Below, in pieces: positions 6,870-16,805 of a stretch of DNA of 64,000 nucleotides. The notes beneath the pieces are model-generated. The model was not told where the DNA came from, did not search any database, and saw nothing but the letters and a program-made list of their open reading frames with translations. How positions within the stretch are numbered: position 1 is the first letter of the stretch; every line of letters starts with the position of its first letter. A program made the position numbers and the translations under genes. Source of the stretch: Patescibacteria group bacterium (GTDB lineage: Bacteria; Patescibacteriota; Patescibacteriia; Patescibacteriales; JBAZCA01); assembly GCA_041661505.1 (NCBI GenBank), contig JBAZUF010000004.1, forward strand, positions 4,861 to 68,860, read 5' to 3'.

Positions 6870-8720
6870 ATGACCATCCAAAACGGGACAGTAAAATTTT
6901 ATAAGTTAAAATGCGTTCGATGCGGCGCTGTTTGGGATGAAAAAGAGACTTCGTCCGCCTGCTTAAAATGCGGCGACGCGCTGGAAGCCCACTACGACTG
7001 GGAGTTTATCAAATGCCGTTTAAACCAGTTCAATCTGAAATATACGCCGATTTCCGCCACCAAATATTTGAATTTTTACCCAATTTTGGATTTAAAAAAA
7101 TTAGTTACTTTAAATGAAGGCGGGACTCCCCTTCGAAAATCAAAAAAAATCGCCAAACGGCTGGGACTGGAAAACCTTTATTTTAAGGATGAAACTTCCA
7201 ACCCGACCGGCGGTTTTAAAGACCGGGGGACTATGGTGGAAATAACTAAGGCGCTTGAGATGGGAGCCAAAGCGGTGGTTGTGGCTTCCACCGGAAATAT
7301 GGCCGCTTCGGTTTCGGCTTATGCCAGTCAGGCGGGTATTCCGGCTTACATCGTCGTCCCCGAAGGAACGCCGATTGGAAAACTCTCCCAAACTTTGGCT
7401 TATGGCGCCCGGGTCATCCAAGTCCGCGCCACTTATTCGGAATGCGCGAAACTGGCCGAAGAAATAGCGAAAAAATACGGATTTTATTTGGCCGGTGATT
7501 ATGTTTTTCGGGGCGAGGGGCAGAAATCGCAAGGCTATGAAATTGTCGAACAATTATCCTGGCGCGCGCCGGACTATCTAATCGCGCCGATCGGCTGCGG
7601 GACCAATATCGCGGCGATTTATAAAGGCATAAAAGAATTTCACGATCTGGGCTTTATCGATAAATTGCCGAGAGTCATCGGCGTCCAGCCCGAAGGCGCC
7701 AATACCGTAGTCGACGCCTATAACCGCCGGTCAACGAAAATAAATCCAATTGCCAAGCCCAAAACAATCGCTTCGGCCGTCGCCGTCGGCTACCCTTTAG
7801 ACGGTTTAAAAGTTCTGCGCGATATTAAAGAATCAAAAGGCATGGCGATTAGCGTGAATGACGAAGAGATCTTAAACGCGGAAAAAGAACTGGCTTACGA
7901 GGAATCGATTTTTGTCGAACCGTCGGCCGCGCTTTCGCTGGCCGCCTTGAAAAAAATGTGTTCGAAAAAAATCGTCGGGAAAAATGAAACAGTGGTCTGC
8001 GTTTTGACCGGAAACGGGCTAAAAGATCCGGTAACCATGCTGAAAATTCTCCCATCGCCTCCGTCAATCGAGCCGAAACTCTCGGAAGTCGACCATTATT
8101 TGAAAATGAAATTATATAACATCCAGGCCACGGTCGAAAAAGATAAAGCGGAAATCCTCTTTAGCAAAGCGCCCGGTTTAGCCCAAATAAAAAAAACGGT
8201 GCAAAAGAAGTTCGGCCTGGACTTAACTAAAATTTATCTGGACGCTATCCACGCTGAAGTGAAAGAATTTTTTAATAAAGAAGAAAAAATGAGAAAATCG
8301 GATTTGCAGCACATCATTGAAGCTAATTTAAAAACCGATCCCAAGGCGGTAAAAATAATCAAAGTCGAAGATTTTAAAGTGAGCACTTCAAAAGCCGCTA
8401 AGGCCGAAGCCCAGGTTTGCGTAAAAATCGCCGAGAAACGCATCTGCCGGGTGAATTCTTTCGGCGTGGGGCCGGTGGACGCGATTATGAGAGCGATCCG
8501 CGAAGTCATTAAAAAAGAAAAACTGCCCAATTACTGGCTCATTAATTTTGACGTGAAAATCGACAGCAAAGGAACCGACGCGACGGTGGAAGTTACTATG
8601 GAATTAAAAGACGAAGCCGATAACAAAGTTATCTCAACCGCCGCTTCGCCGGACATTATTGTCGCTTCGATTGAAGCGTTTGAACGGGGATATAATATTC
8701 TCTATAATAAGAAAAAATAA
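6870..8720 (+). CDS. thrC: threonine synthase fused to a C-terminal LeuA-type (LeuA_dimer-like) regulatory domain
   Basis: N-terminal Zn ribbon (CVRCG...CLKCG). The PLP-lysine motif NPTGGFKDRG and ASTGNMAAS are typical of ThrC. The C-terminal ~200 aa (FGVGPVDAIMRAIREV...ASPDIIVASIEAFERGYNIL) resemble the regulatory domains of the LeuA and CimA proteins in this window. Confidence 0.8.
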   Translation: MTIQNGTVKFYKLKCVRCGAVWDEKETSSACLKCGDALEAHYDWEFIKCRLNQFNLKYTPISATKYLNFYPILDLKKLVTLNEGGTPLRKSKKIAKRLGLENLYFKDETSNPTGGFKDRGTMVEITKALEMGAKAVVVASTGNMAASVSAYASQAGIPAYIVVPEGTPIGKLSQTLAYGARVIQVRATYSECAKLAEEIAKKYGFYLAGDYVFRGEGQKSQGYEIVEQLSWRAPDYLIAPIGCGTNIAAIYKGIKEFHDLGFIDKLPRVIGVQPEGANTVVDAYNRRSTKINPIAKPKTIASAVAVGYPLDGLKVLRDIKESKGMAISVNDEEILNAEKELAYEESIFVEPSAALSLAALKKMCSKKIVGKNETVVCVLTGNGLKDPVTMLKILPSPPSIEPKLSEVDHYLKMKLYNIQATVEKDKAEILFSKAPGLAQIKKTVQKKFGLDLTKIYLDAIHAEVKEFFNKEEKMRKSDLQHIIEANLKTDPKAVKIIKVEDFKVSTSKAAKAEAQVCVKIAEKRICRVNSFGVGPVDAIMRAIREVIKKEKLPNYWLINFDVKIDSKGTDATVEVTMELKDEADNKVISTAASPDIIVASIEAFERGYNILYNKKK

Positions 8721-8721
8721 T

Positions 8722-9624
8722 ATGGAGACCACAAAATACATCTGGCAAAACGGAAAATTGGTAAATTGGGAAGACGCTAAAATCCATGTCTTAAGCCACT
8801 CGCTCCATTACGGCTCGGGGGTTTTTGAAGGCATCCGGGTTTATGAGACGAAAAAGGGCCCGGCGATTTTTCGCCTCCCAGAGCACGTGGACCGGTTTTT
8901 TTACTCGGCTAACGCGATGAAAATGAAAATGCCCTGGACTAAGGATGAGTTTAAGGCCGCCATAATTGAAACCGTGAAAAAAAACGATTTGAAATCGGGC
9001 TATATCCGGCCCCTGGCTTTTTACGGCTACGGCGAGCTTAGGATCAGCCCGCTAAAATGCCCGGTCGAAGCGATTATCGCCGCCTGGCCCTGGGGAAAAT
9101 ATTTATCGGCCGACCCGATTAAGGTAAAAGTTCCGGACTACATAAGAATTCATCCTAAGTCATCAATAGCAGACGCGAAAATTTGCGGCCATTATGTCAA
9201 TTCAATCCTTTCCTTTTTAGAGGTGGAAGCGGCCGGCTACCACGAAGCGCTTTTACTCGACTTTGAAGGAAACATCGCCGAAGGTCCGGGAGAAAATTTT
9301 TTTCTTGTGTCCGGCGGAAAATTGGCGACCCCAAAACTGGGAAATATTTTAGCGGGAATTACCCGGCAGTCGATTATTGAGCTTGCGGGCGATTTGGGAT
9401 ACGCGGTGGAAGAAAAAACAATTACGCTTGACGCCGCGATAGCGGCGGATGAATGCTTTTTTACCGGAACGGCGGCTGAAGTAACGCCGATCGGATCTAT
9501 TAATGATTGCCTGATTGCCGGCGGAGCCTTTGGCCCGATTACCCGGCGTTTTAACGACGAGTTTATGAAAATCGTTTCCGGGGAAAATGAAAAATACGAA
9601 AAATGGTTAACATACGCGAATTAA
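8722..9624 (+). CDS. ilvE: branched-chain amino acid aminotransferase
   Basis: Class IV aminotransferase (LHYGSGVFEGIRVYE, FTGTAAEVTPI). The start was chosen at METTKYIW, 1 nt after the thrC stop. Confidence 0.9.
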   Translation: METTKYIWQNGKLVNWEDAKIHVLSHSLHYGSGVFEGIRVYETKKGPAIFRLPEHVDRFFYSANAMKMKMPWTKDEFKAAIIETVKKNDLKSGYIRPLAFYGYGELRISPLKCPVEAIIAAWPWGKYLSADPIKVKVPDYIRIHPKSSIADAKICGHYVNSILSFLEVEAAGYHEALLLDFEGNIAEGPGENFFLVSGGKLATPKLGNILAGITRQSIIELAGDLGYAVEEKTITLDAAIAADECFFTGTAAEVTPIGSINDCLIAGGAFGPITRRFNDEFMKIVSGENEKYEKWLTYAN

Positions 9625-9641
9625 TTTTGAAACTGCCTCTT

Positions 9642-11261
9642 ATGAAACTGCCATCAGAAAAATTAAAAAAGGGAATTGCCACTATGCCGCACCGGGCGCT
9701 CTTGCGGGCTGACGGCTTGCGCGGCGCGGATTTTAAAAAGCCTTTTATCGGCGTGGCTGATTCTTATAACGATATTATTCCCGGGCACATTCATCTGCGC
9801 GAGCTGTCAGAAGAGGTGAAGCGGGGAATCCGCGATGCCGGCGGCGTGCCGTTTGAGTGGGGCGTACCGGGGGTTTGCGACGGCATTGCCATGCACGTCG
9901 AAATGCGCCTGTCACTGCCTAGCCGGGAGCATATCGCCGACAATATAGAAATCATGGTGCTGTCTCATAGCCTGGACGGCTGGGTTGGCGTAACTAACTG
10001 CGACAAAATCACGCCCGGAATGCTAATGGCGGCCGGGAGGCTTAATCTTCCGGCGGCAATTTTAACCGGCGGGCCGATGAAGGCGGGAATCGTGAATGGA
10101 AAAAAAATGGACGTGATTTCCGATTTTGAGGCGGTAGGGCAAATTGAAGCCGGAAAATTATCCAAAAAAGAGGCTTTGAAAATTGAATGCGAATCCTGCC
10201 CGGGCGCCGGGAGCTGCGCCGGGCTTTTTACCGCTAATTCTATGGCGGCCATGACCGAAGTTTTAGGCATGTCAGTAACGGGCTCTGCCACAACGCTCGC
10301 CCTGGATCCGAAAAAAAAGAAACAAGCTTATGAAACCGGCCGGCGCATTGTGGAACTGGTAAAAAGGAACATTAAACCAAAAGATATAATGACCAAAAAC
10401 GCGTTTTTAAACGCAATAAGAGTGGACATGGCTATCGGCGGCTCGACCAATACGGCCCTGCATTTGCCGGCCATTGCCAAAGAATGCGGAATTAAGCTGG
10501 AGCTCGGGCTATTTGACCAGGCCTCCCGGCAAACTCCCAATATTTGCCATATTCGGCCGGCCGGGCCTTATGTTATGGAAGAACTGGATCAGGCCGGAGG
10601 CATCCCGGCGGTGTTAAATCGCCTGAAAAAATACTTAAAGCCAGCCATAACTATTAATAAAAAGAATATTTTAAAAATTGCCGAAGAAGGAAGGGTGCGG
10701 AATGAAAAAGTAATAAGGCCGCTTTCGGACCCGTTCTATAAAGAAGGCGGCATCGCGGTTTTAAAAGGGAATTTAGCGCGGACTTCGGTAGTAAAACAGA
10801 CCGCGGTCGAACCGGAGATGCTGAAAATTACCGGGCCGGCCAAAGTTTTTTCCGGCGAGCAGGCAATTTTAAAAGCCGTGGCCCGGAAAAAAATTAAAGA
10901 CGGCGACATTATCGTAATTAATTTTATGGGTCCGGCCGGCGCGCCGGGCATGCCGGAAATGCTTACGCCCACGGCCGCCATATCCGGCGCCGGATTAAAG
11001 TGCGCGCTGATTACCGACGGCCGTTTTTCCGGCGGAACTCGGGGGGCGGCTATCGGCCATATTGAACCCGAAGCTTTTCATGGCGGAGTAATCGGCATTA
11101 TAAAAGACGGCGACCTGATTGAGATTGATATTCCCAAAAGAAAATTAAATGTGGCGCTAAGCCGCGCGGAAATTAAAAAGAGGAAGAAGAATTTAAAAAT
11201 TCCTAAAAGAAAAATGACCAAGATGCTGGAAAAATACCGAAAGGATAACAAAAAAGCCTGA
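9642..11261 (+). CDS. ilvD: dihydroxy-acid dehydratase
   Basis: IlvD/Edd family (CDKITPGMLMAA, CPGAGSCAGLFTANSM, ITDGRFSGGT). The start at MKLPSEKL avoids overlap with ilvE; 9603 is an alternative. Confidence 0.9.
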   Translation: MKLPSEKLKKGIATMPHRALLRADGLRGADFKKPFIGVADSYNDIIPGHIHLRELSEEVKRGIRDAGGVPFEWGVPGVCDGIAMHVEMRLSLPSREHIADNIEIMVLSHSLDGWVGVTNCDKITPGMLMAAGRLNLPAAILTGGPMKAGIVNGKKMDVISDFEAVGQIEAGKLSKKEALKIECESCPGAGSCAGLFTANSMAAMTEVLGMSVTGSATTLALDPKKKKQAYETGRRIVELVKRNIKPKDIMTKNAFLNAIRVDMAIGGSTNTALHLPAIAKECGIKLELGLFDQASRQTPNICHIRPAGPYVMEELDQAGGIPAVLNRLKKYLKPAITINKKNILKIAEEGRVRNEKVIRPLSDPFYKEGGIAVLKGNLARTSVVKQTAVEPEMLKITGPAKVFSGEQAILKAVARKKIKDGDIIVINFMGPAGAPGMPEMLTPTAAISGAGLKCALITDGRFSGGTRGAAIGHIEPEAFHGGVIGIIKDGDLIEIDIPKRKLNVALSRAEIKKRKKNLKIPKRKMTKMLEKYRKDNKKA

Positions 11262-11297
11262 ATTATTTTTGATTATATTCTACCATGTTAAATTTAT

Positions 11298-13007
11298 ATG
11301 ATCGGAGCTGACGTATTAATAAAATCATTACTGGAAGAGGGAGTCGAGGTAATCTTCGGCTATCCGGGAGGGGTAACCATACCTTTGCATGACCGGCTGG
11401 CTTTTTATCCGAAAATAAGGCACATCCTTCCAAGAAACGAGCAGGGCGCGGCTATGGCGGCTGATGCTTATTTCCGCGTTACCGGCAAGCCGGGAGTCTG
11501 CCTTTCGACCTCCGGACCGGGCGCGACCAATTTAATTTCCGGCATCGCCAACGCTTATATGGACTCAATCGGCGTGGTGGCCATCACCTGCCAAGTTTCC
11601 ACCAAAATTTACGGCACGGACGCTTTTCAGGAAATAAAAATGACCGAGCTTACTAAAGCTATTACCAAGAAGAATTATTTTGTTAAAGACGTAAAAGACC
11701 TGCCGAAAATAATTAAAGAAGCTTTTTACCTCGCCCGCTCGGGGCGCCCCCGGCCGGTGCATATTGATTTGCCGGTGGACGTTATTAAAGCCGAAGTGAA
11801 GGAATTTTCTTATCCCCGGGACAAGGACGCGGAAGCTTTATCCGGACGGGATTATAAAGTAAGCCGGGAAACGGAAAAAGAAATTGAAAAGGCAGTTAAA
11901 TTAATCCATGAAGCGAAAAAGCCGATTGTTATCGGCGGCCATGGTATAATTTTGTCGGGCGGATCAGAAGAGTTTAAAGAATTTATAGAAGCCAATGAAC
12001 TGCCGTTTGTTACGACGCTTTTGGGAATAAGCGTTTTGCCGGATAAGCATCCTTTAAATTTCGGCATGGCCGGAATGCATGGCATGGCTTACGCCAATTT
12101 GGCGGTGCATAGCGCTGATCTTATTATCGCCCTGGGAACCAGGTTTTCCGACCGGATTACCGGGAATCTTGAGCATTACGCCAAGCGGGCTAAAGTAATC
12201 CACTTGGATATTGACGCGAGAGAAATCGGAAAAAATGTTAAGGTGGACGTTCCGCTTATAGGCGACGCCAAAAGCATATTAAGGCTAATGAACAAAAAAT
12301 TGGCCGGATATAAAAGAGAGCGCAAAAGCCGGCGCTGGGTCGATCAAATCTGCACCTTAGAAGAAAGGACCAGCCTTGATAAAATTAAAACTGAAGCCAA
12401 GCTGAAAAGAACCGGGCATATTTTTGCCTTTGAAGTGATTGAAGAAATTTCTAAACAAGCGGCCAAAAATGCAGTCGTCGTTTCGGATGTCGGGCAAAAC
12501 CAGATGTGGACGGCGCATTACTTTGACTATACTTATCCCGGCCAATTTTTGTCTTCCGGCGGCTTGGGCTGTATGGGCTACAGCCTGCCGGCGGCGGTAG
12601 GCGCGCAAACCGGCAAGCCCGGCGCCCAGGTTTGGTCAATTATGGGCGACGGGGGACTGCAGATGAATATTCAGGAGCTGGGGACGATAATGGAACAAAA
12701 ATTGCCGATAAAGATTATTGTTTTAAATAACGGGTTTTTGGGCATGGTGCGCCAATGGCAGGAATTGTTTTTTAAGAAAAATTATATGTCTACGCCGCTT
12801 TGCAATCCCGATTTTATCGAAGTCGCGAAAGCTTACGGCATCGAAGCATATAGGATTACCAAACTTGATCAGGTGGCGCCGATGATAAAGCGGGCGGCGG
12901 CGGGAAAAGAGTCGATTTTTCTTGAGTTTGCTATCGAGCCGGAGGCTAATGTTTTTCCCATGGTGCCGCCGGGGCAAGCTTTAAGAGATACGTTAATTTG
13001 TAAATAA
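11298..13007 (+). CDS. ilvB: acetolactate synthase large subunit
   Basis: ThDP enzyme (GYPGGVTIPLHD, GLGCMGYSLPAAVGA, GDGGLQMNIQEL). Confidence 0.9.
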   Translation: MIGADVLIKSLLEEGVEVIFGYPGGVTIPLHDRLAFYPKIRHILPRNEQGAAMAADAYFRVTGKPGVCLSTSGPGATNLISGIANAYMDSIGVVAITCQVSTKIYGTDAFQEIKMTELTKAITKKNYFVKDVKDLPKIIKEAFYLARSGRPRPVHIDLPVDVIKAEVKEFSYPRDKDAEALSGRDYKVSRETEKEIEKAVKLIHEAKKPIVIGGHGIILSGGSEEFKEFIEANELPFVTTLLGISVLPDKHPLNFGMAGMHGMAYANLAVHSADLIIALGTRFSDRITGNLEHYAKRAKVIHLDIDAREIGKNVKVDVPLIGDAKSILRLMNKKLAGYKRERKSRRWVDQICTLEERTSLDKIKTEAKLKRTGHIFAFEVIEEISKQAAKNAVVVSDVGQNQMWTAHYFDYTYPGQFLSSGGLGCMGYSLPAAVGAQTGKPGAQVWSIMGDGGLQMNIQELGTIMEQKLPIKIIVLNNGFLGMVRQWQELFFKKNYMSTPLCNPDFIEVAKAYGIEAYRITKLDQVAPMIKRAAAGKESIFLEFAIEPEANVFPMVPPGQALRDTLICK

Positions 13008-13107
13008 TTATTAATTTAAGTTATTGTTTTTAATTTTTCATTTTGCGAGCATTTAAAAAATTAATTACAATTAATAAACATTAAAATATTCTAATAAAAA
13101 AAATACT

Positions 13108-14157
13108 ATGGCAAAAATTGATTTTGGAGGAGTAGTAGAAGAGGTGACGACCAGGGAAGAATTTCCTTTGGAAAAGGCGCGGGAAGTGCTGGCTAATGAA
13201 GTGGTGGCCGTTATCGGCTACGGCGTCCAGGGGCCGGGGCAGGCTTTAAATTTGAAAGACAACGGCATTAAAGTAATTGTCGGACAAAGAAAGCCCGGCG
13301 CTTCCTGGGACAAGGCTTTAGCGGATGGTTTTAAACCGGGAGAAGATTTGTTTGAAATTGAAGAAGCCTTGGAAAAGGGAACGATTATTTGCTATCTTCT
13401 TTCCGACGCCGGGCAAATCACTCTTTGGCCGACTGTTAAAAAACATTTGACCAAAGGCAAGGCCCTTTATTTTTCCCACGGCTTTGGAATAACCTACAAA
13501 GACCAAACCAACATCATTCCGCCGGCTGACGTGGATGTTATTTTAGTCGCCCCAAAAGGCTCGGGGACTTCGCTCCGCCGCTTGTTTGTCGCCGGCAAAG
13601 GGCTTAACTCAAGCTACGCGATTTTCCAGGACGCTACCGGCCGGGCGGCCGATCGGGTTAGGGCTTTGGGCATTGCCGTAGGATCGGGATTTTTATTTCC
13701 CACTACGTTTGAAAAAGAAGTCTATAGCGACTTAACCGGGGAGCGCGGAGTTTTAATGGGCGCTTTGGCCGGCATTATGGAAGCCCAGTACAACCTGTTG
13801 CGGAAGATGGGGCACTCGCCGTCCGAAGCCTTTAATGAAACGGTTGAAGAAGCGACCCAGAGCCTAATCCCTTTAGTGGCGGAAAACGGGATGGATTGGA
13901 TGTATGCTAATTGCTCTACGACTGCCCAGCGCGGAGCCCTGGACTGGCGCCACGAATTTCGAAAGGCGGTGGAACCGGTTTTTGAAAAATTATACGGCCG
14001 GGTAAAAAACGGCGAGGAGTGCCAGGTGGTTTTAAAAGCCAATAGCGATCCGGATTATCGGGCAAAATTAAATAAAGAGCTGGAAGATATGCGCAATTCG
14101 GAATTATGGCAGGCCGGAGCGGCGGTTCGCGCCTTGCGCCCGGAGAGGCAAAAGTAA
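13108..14157 (+). CDS. ilvC: ketol-acid reductoisomerase
   Basis: Class I KARI (VIGYGVQGPGQALNLKDNG, SHGFGI, ERGVLMG). Confidence 0.95.
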   Translation: MAKIDFGGVVEEVTTREEFPLEKAREVLANEVVAVIGYGVQGPGQALNLKDNGIKVIVGQRKPGASWDKALADGFKPGEDLFEIEEALEKGTIICYLLSDAGQITLWPTVKKHLTKGKALYFSHGFGITYKDQTNIIPPADVDVILVAPKGSGTSLRRLFVAGKGLNSSYAIFQDATGRAADRVRALGIAVGSGFLFPTTFEKEVYSDLTGERGVLMGALAGIMEAQYNLLRKMGHSPSEAFNETVEEATQSLIPLVAENGMDWMYANCSTTAQRGALDWRHEFRKAVEPVFEKLYGRVKNGEECQVVLKANSDPDYRAKLNKELEDMRNSELWQAGAAVRALRPERQK

Positions 14158-14236
14158 TTTTTGGCCGGCCTTTAGCGAAAGCGGCAGGCGAGCTTTTTTG
14201 AAGCCTATTTTGTTTTTATAAAATAAATATATTGCT

Positions 14237-14611
14237 ATGAAACAAGTAATCAGTTCCGGCAACGCGCCAAAAGCCGTTGGGCCGTATTCGCAAGGGATAA
14301 AATCCGGAGAATTTTTATTTCTTTCGGGGCAAATTCCTCTAAGGCCGGACGGAAGCCTTGTGGAAGGCGATATCGAAGCGCAGGCCGCGCAAGTTTTAGA
14401 GAACATAAAAGCTCTTTTGTCCGAGGCCGGAATGGGCTTTCAAAACGTGGTAAAGTCCACCATGTTCTTAGCCGACCTGGCCGATTTCCAGAAAGCTAAC
14501 GAAGTTTACGCCAAGTATTTTACCGAGCCTTATCCGGCCCGGGTTACAATTCAAGTTGCCGGGATTCCTAAAGGCGCAAGGATTGAAATTGAAGTAACGG
14601 CCAAGGCCTAG
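14237..14611 (+). CDS. ridA: RidA/YjgF family enamine/imine deaminase
   Basis: APKAVGPYSQGIKSGEFLFLSGQIPL and a C-terminal RIEIEV motif. Confidence 0.85.
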   Translation: MKQVISSGNAPKAVGPYSQGIKSGEFLFLSGQIPLRPDGSLVEGDIEAQAAQVLENIKALLSEAGMGFQNVVKSTMFLADLADFQKANEVYAKYFTEPYPARVTIQVAGIPKGARIEIEVTAKA

Positions 14612-14652
14612 CCCGCCCAAAACCCGATTTTTGCGGAATAACCAAGCAATTT

Positions 14653-14678
14653 AGAGCCATCCTAAAAGGGGTGGCTCT
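14653..14678. terminator. hairpin agagcca/tggctct between the convergent genes ridA and trpA
   Basis: 7-bp stem with a 12-nt loop, flanked by AT-rich sequence. The T tracts are weak. Confidence 0.35.
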
Positions 14679-14698
14679 TATATTACTTATATTAAAGT

Positions 14699-15505
14699 TT
14701 ATTTTTTTATTTTCGTTTCGGCTATTAAAGCCCCTAAAAATTTTTCTACCGCCTTTAGCCCTTGGCCCGCGCGGGCCTCGGTGTAGGCGTTTAGGCAGGC
14801 GCTTCCGATTACCGCCAATTCAGCTTTTCCTTTCAAGGACTGGAGGTGTTCTTTTTTTGATATGCCAAAACCCACGGCGATCGGAATATGGATATAGCGT
14901 TTTATTTCTTTTAGATGCTTATTTAAAGAGCGGTCCAGACTGGATTTCACGCCGGTTGTCCCTTTGCGTCCGACATAATATAAAAATCCGCCGGCTACTT
15001 TGGCGTTTTTTTTCGCTCGCTCGGCCGTAGAAGCCGGGGAAAGAAGGCGGATAGGAATAAGATTGTTGTTCTTCGCGTGGCGGATATAGTGTTCTTCGGC
15101 TTCCTCTTCCAAGGGAATATCGGGAAAAATAAGGCCGCTGGCTCCGGCCGCTTCGGCGTCGCGGCAGAATTTTTCTACTCCGTAATTTAAGACTACGTTA
15201 AAATATCCCATAAACAGTAAAGGGATTTCTACCTGGCGCGAAAGCTCTTTCATGGCGCGAAAAGAGTCGCGAACCCGGGTGCCGTTATCAAGGGATTTCT
15301 TATTGGCTTTCATGATTGTCGGCCCGTCCGCCATCGGATCGGAAAAGGGAATTTGCAATTCGACAAAATCAACGCCTAAGCGGGCCATAAGCTTAACTAA
15401 ATTCAAGCTTTCTTTTATAGTCGGATAGCCGATTACTATGTGAGTCATCAAGCCGAGGCGATTTTCTTTTTTTATTTTTTCAAGCTGTAAATTGATCTTA
15501 TTCAT
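14699..15505 (-). CDS. trpA: tryptophan synthase alpha chain
   Basis: TrpA family (ELQIPFSDPMADGPTI). Last gene of the trp operon. Confidence 0.9.
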   Translation of the reverse strand: MNKINLQLEKIKKENRLGLMTHIVIGYPTIKESLNLVKLMARLGVDFVELQIPFSDPMADGPTIMKANKKSLDNGTRVRDSFRAMKELSRQVEIPLLFMGYFNVVLNYGVEKFCRDAEAAGASGLIFPDIPLEEEAEEHYIRHAKNNNLIPIRLLSPASTAERAKKNAKVAGGFLYYVGRKGTTGVKSSLDRSLNKHLKEIKRYIHIPIAVGFGISKKEHLQSLKGKAELAVIGSACLNAYTEARAGQGLKAVEKFLGALIAETKIKK

Positions 15506-15551
15506 ATAATAATGGATGCCGGAATTCTCTTTCGTGGAATTCCCGCCCGCC

Positions 15552-16799
15552 TTATATTTTACTTTTTAAATAGTCTTTCCAGCCCTGGTCGCCTAAAGCT
15601 TCCGCCACGATAAAAATATCTTTGTCTCCCCGGCCGGAAAGGTTAATGACGATGGTTTTATTTTTCTTTAGCTTAGGCGCGAGCTTGATGGCATGGGCGA
15701 CGGCATGGGAAGACTCCAAAGCCGGAATTATTCCTTCGGTTGAAGCCAGCAATTTAAAAGCGGCTAGCACTTCTTTATCAGTAACATATTTATATTCCAC
15801 CCGGTTTTCCTCAAACAGCTTTCCGTGCTCCGGCCCGATTCCGGAATAATCGAGGCCGGCTGAAATGCTGTGGGTATTCTGGATTTGGCCGTCGGCATCC
15901 TGGATAAAATAGGATTTATAACCTTCAACCACCCCGACTTTTTGGTTTTTTTGGAGCCGGGTGGCGTGGTCGCCCGTTTTTTTTATTCCTCTTCCGCCGG
16001 CTTCAACGCCGATTAATTTTACGCTTTTATCGTCAAGAAAAGGGTTGAAAATCCCGATGGCGTTCGAGCCGCCGCCGACGCAGGCGACAATGTAATCCGG
16101 TTTTTTTATTTTATAGATCTCTTTTAATTGCTTTTTTACTTCGAGCCCGACGATGGTTTGGAAGTCCCGGACGATTGACGGGTAGGGATGGGGGCCGAGA
16201 GCCGAACCCAGGAGGTAATAAGTGTCGTCAACGTTGGTTATCCAATCTTGCAGGGTGGCGGTTACCGCGTCCTTTAGCCTTTGGGTGCCGTGCAAAACCG
16301 GGACGACTTCGGCGCCTAATTGTTCCATCCAAAAGACGTTGGGGCGCTGGCGCTGGTAATCGACTTTGCCCATGTAAACCGTGCATTTAAAGCCGAATTT
16401 AGCGGCCACGGTCGCGGTGGCAAGGCCGTGCTGGCCCGCTCCGGTTTCGGCAATAAGCCTTTTTTTGCCCATCCTCTTAGCAAGGAGCGCCTGGCCTAAG
16501 GAGTGGTTCATCTTATGGGCGCCGGTTAAATTTTGGCCTTCATTCTTAATAAAGATTTTGGCTCCGCCCAGGCGGCGGGTTAAATTTTCGGCAAAATAAA
16601 GCGGCGTCGGACGGCCGCCGTAGTTTTCGTAAAGGCTCATGAGGTCTTTTAAGAATCCCGGATCCCGCTTTGCTTTTTCGTAAGCGATTTCTAATTCTTC
16701 CAGGGCCGGGATAAGCATTTCCGGCACATACCTTCCGCCGAGCTTTCCGAAGTGCCCGCCCCGATCGGCGTCATACTTAGTTTTTATAAAGATGTTCAT
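15552..16799 (-). CDS. trpB: tryptophan synthase beta chain
   Basis: PLP enzyme (NLTGAHKMNH, ETGAGQHG, GGGSNAIG). Confidence 0.95.
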   Translation of the reverse strand: MNIFIKTKYDADRGGHFGKLGGRYVPEMLIPALEELEIAYEKAKRDPGFLKDLMSLYENYGGRPTPLYFAENLTRRLGGAKIFIKNEGQNLTGAHKMNHSLGQALLAKRMGKKRLIAETGAGQHGLATATVAAKFGFKCTVYMGKVDYQRQRPNVFWMEQLGAEVVPVLHGTQRLKDAVTATLQDWITNVDDTYYLLGSALGPHPYPSIVRDFQTIVGLEVKKQLKEIYKIKKPDYIVACVGGGSNAIGIFNPFLDDKSVKLIGVEAGGRGIKKTGDHATRLQKNQKVGVVEGYKSYFIQDADGQIQNTHSISAGLDYSGIGPEHGKLFEENRVEYKYVTDKEVLAAFKLLASTEGIIPALESSHAVAHAIKLAPKLKKNKTIVINLSGRGDKDIFIVAEALGDQGWKDYLKSKI

Positions 16800-16805
16800 A
16801 TTTTT

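Noticed and set aside
14671-15030. 119-aa plus-strand ORF after ridA.
   Set aside because: It lies antisense to trpA, and its Arg/Leu/Pro-rich composition is typical of a shadow frame.
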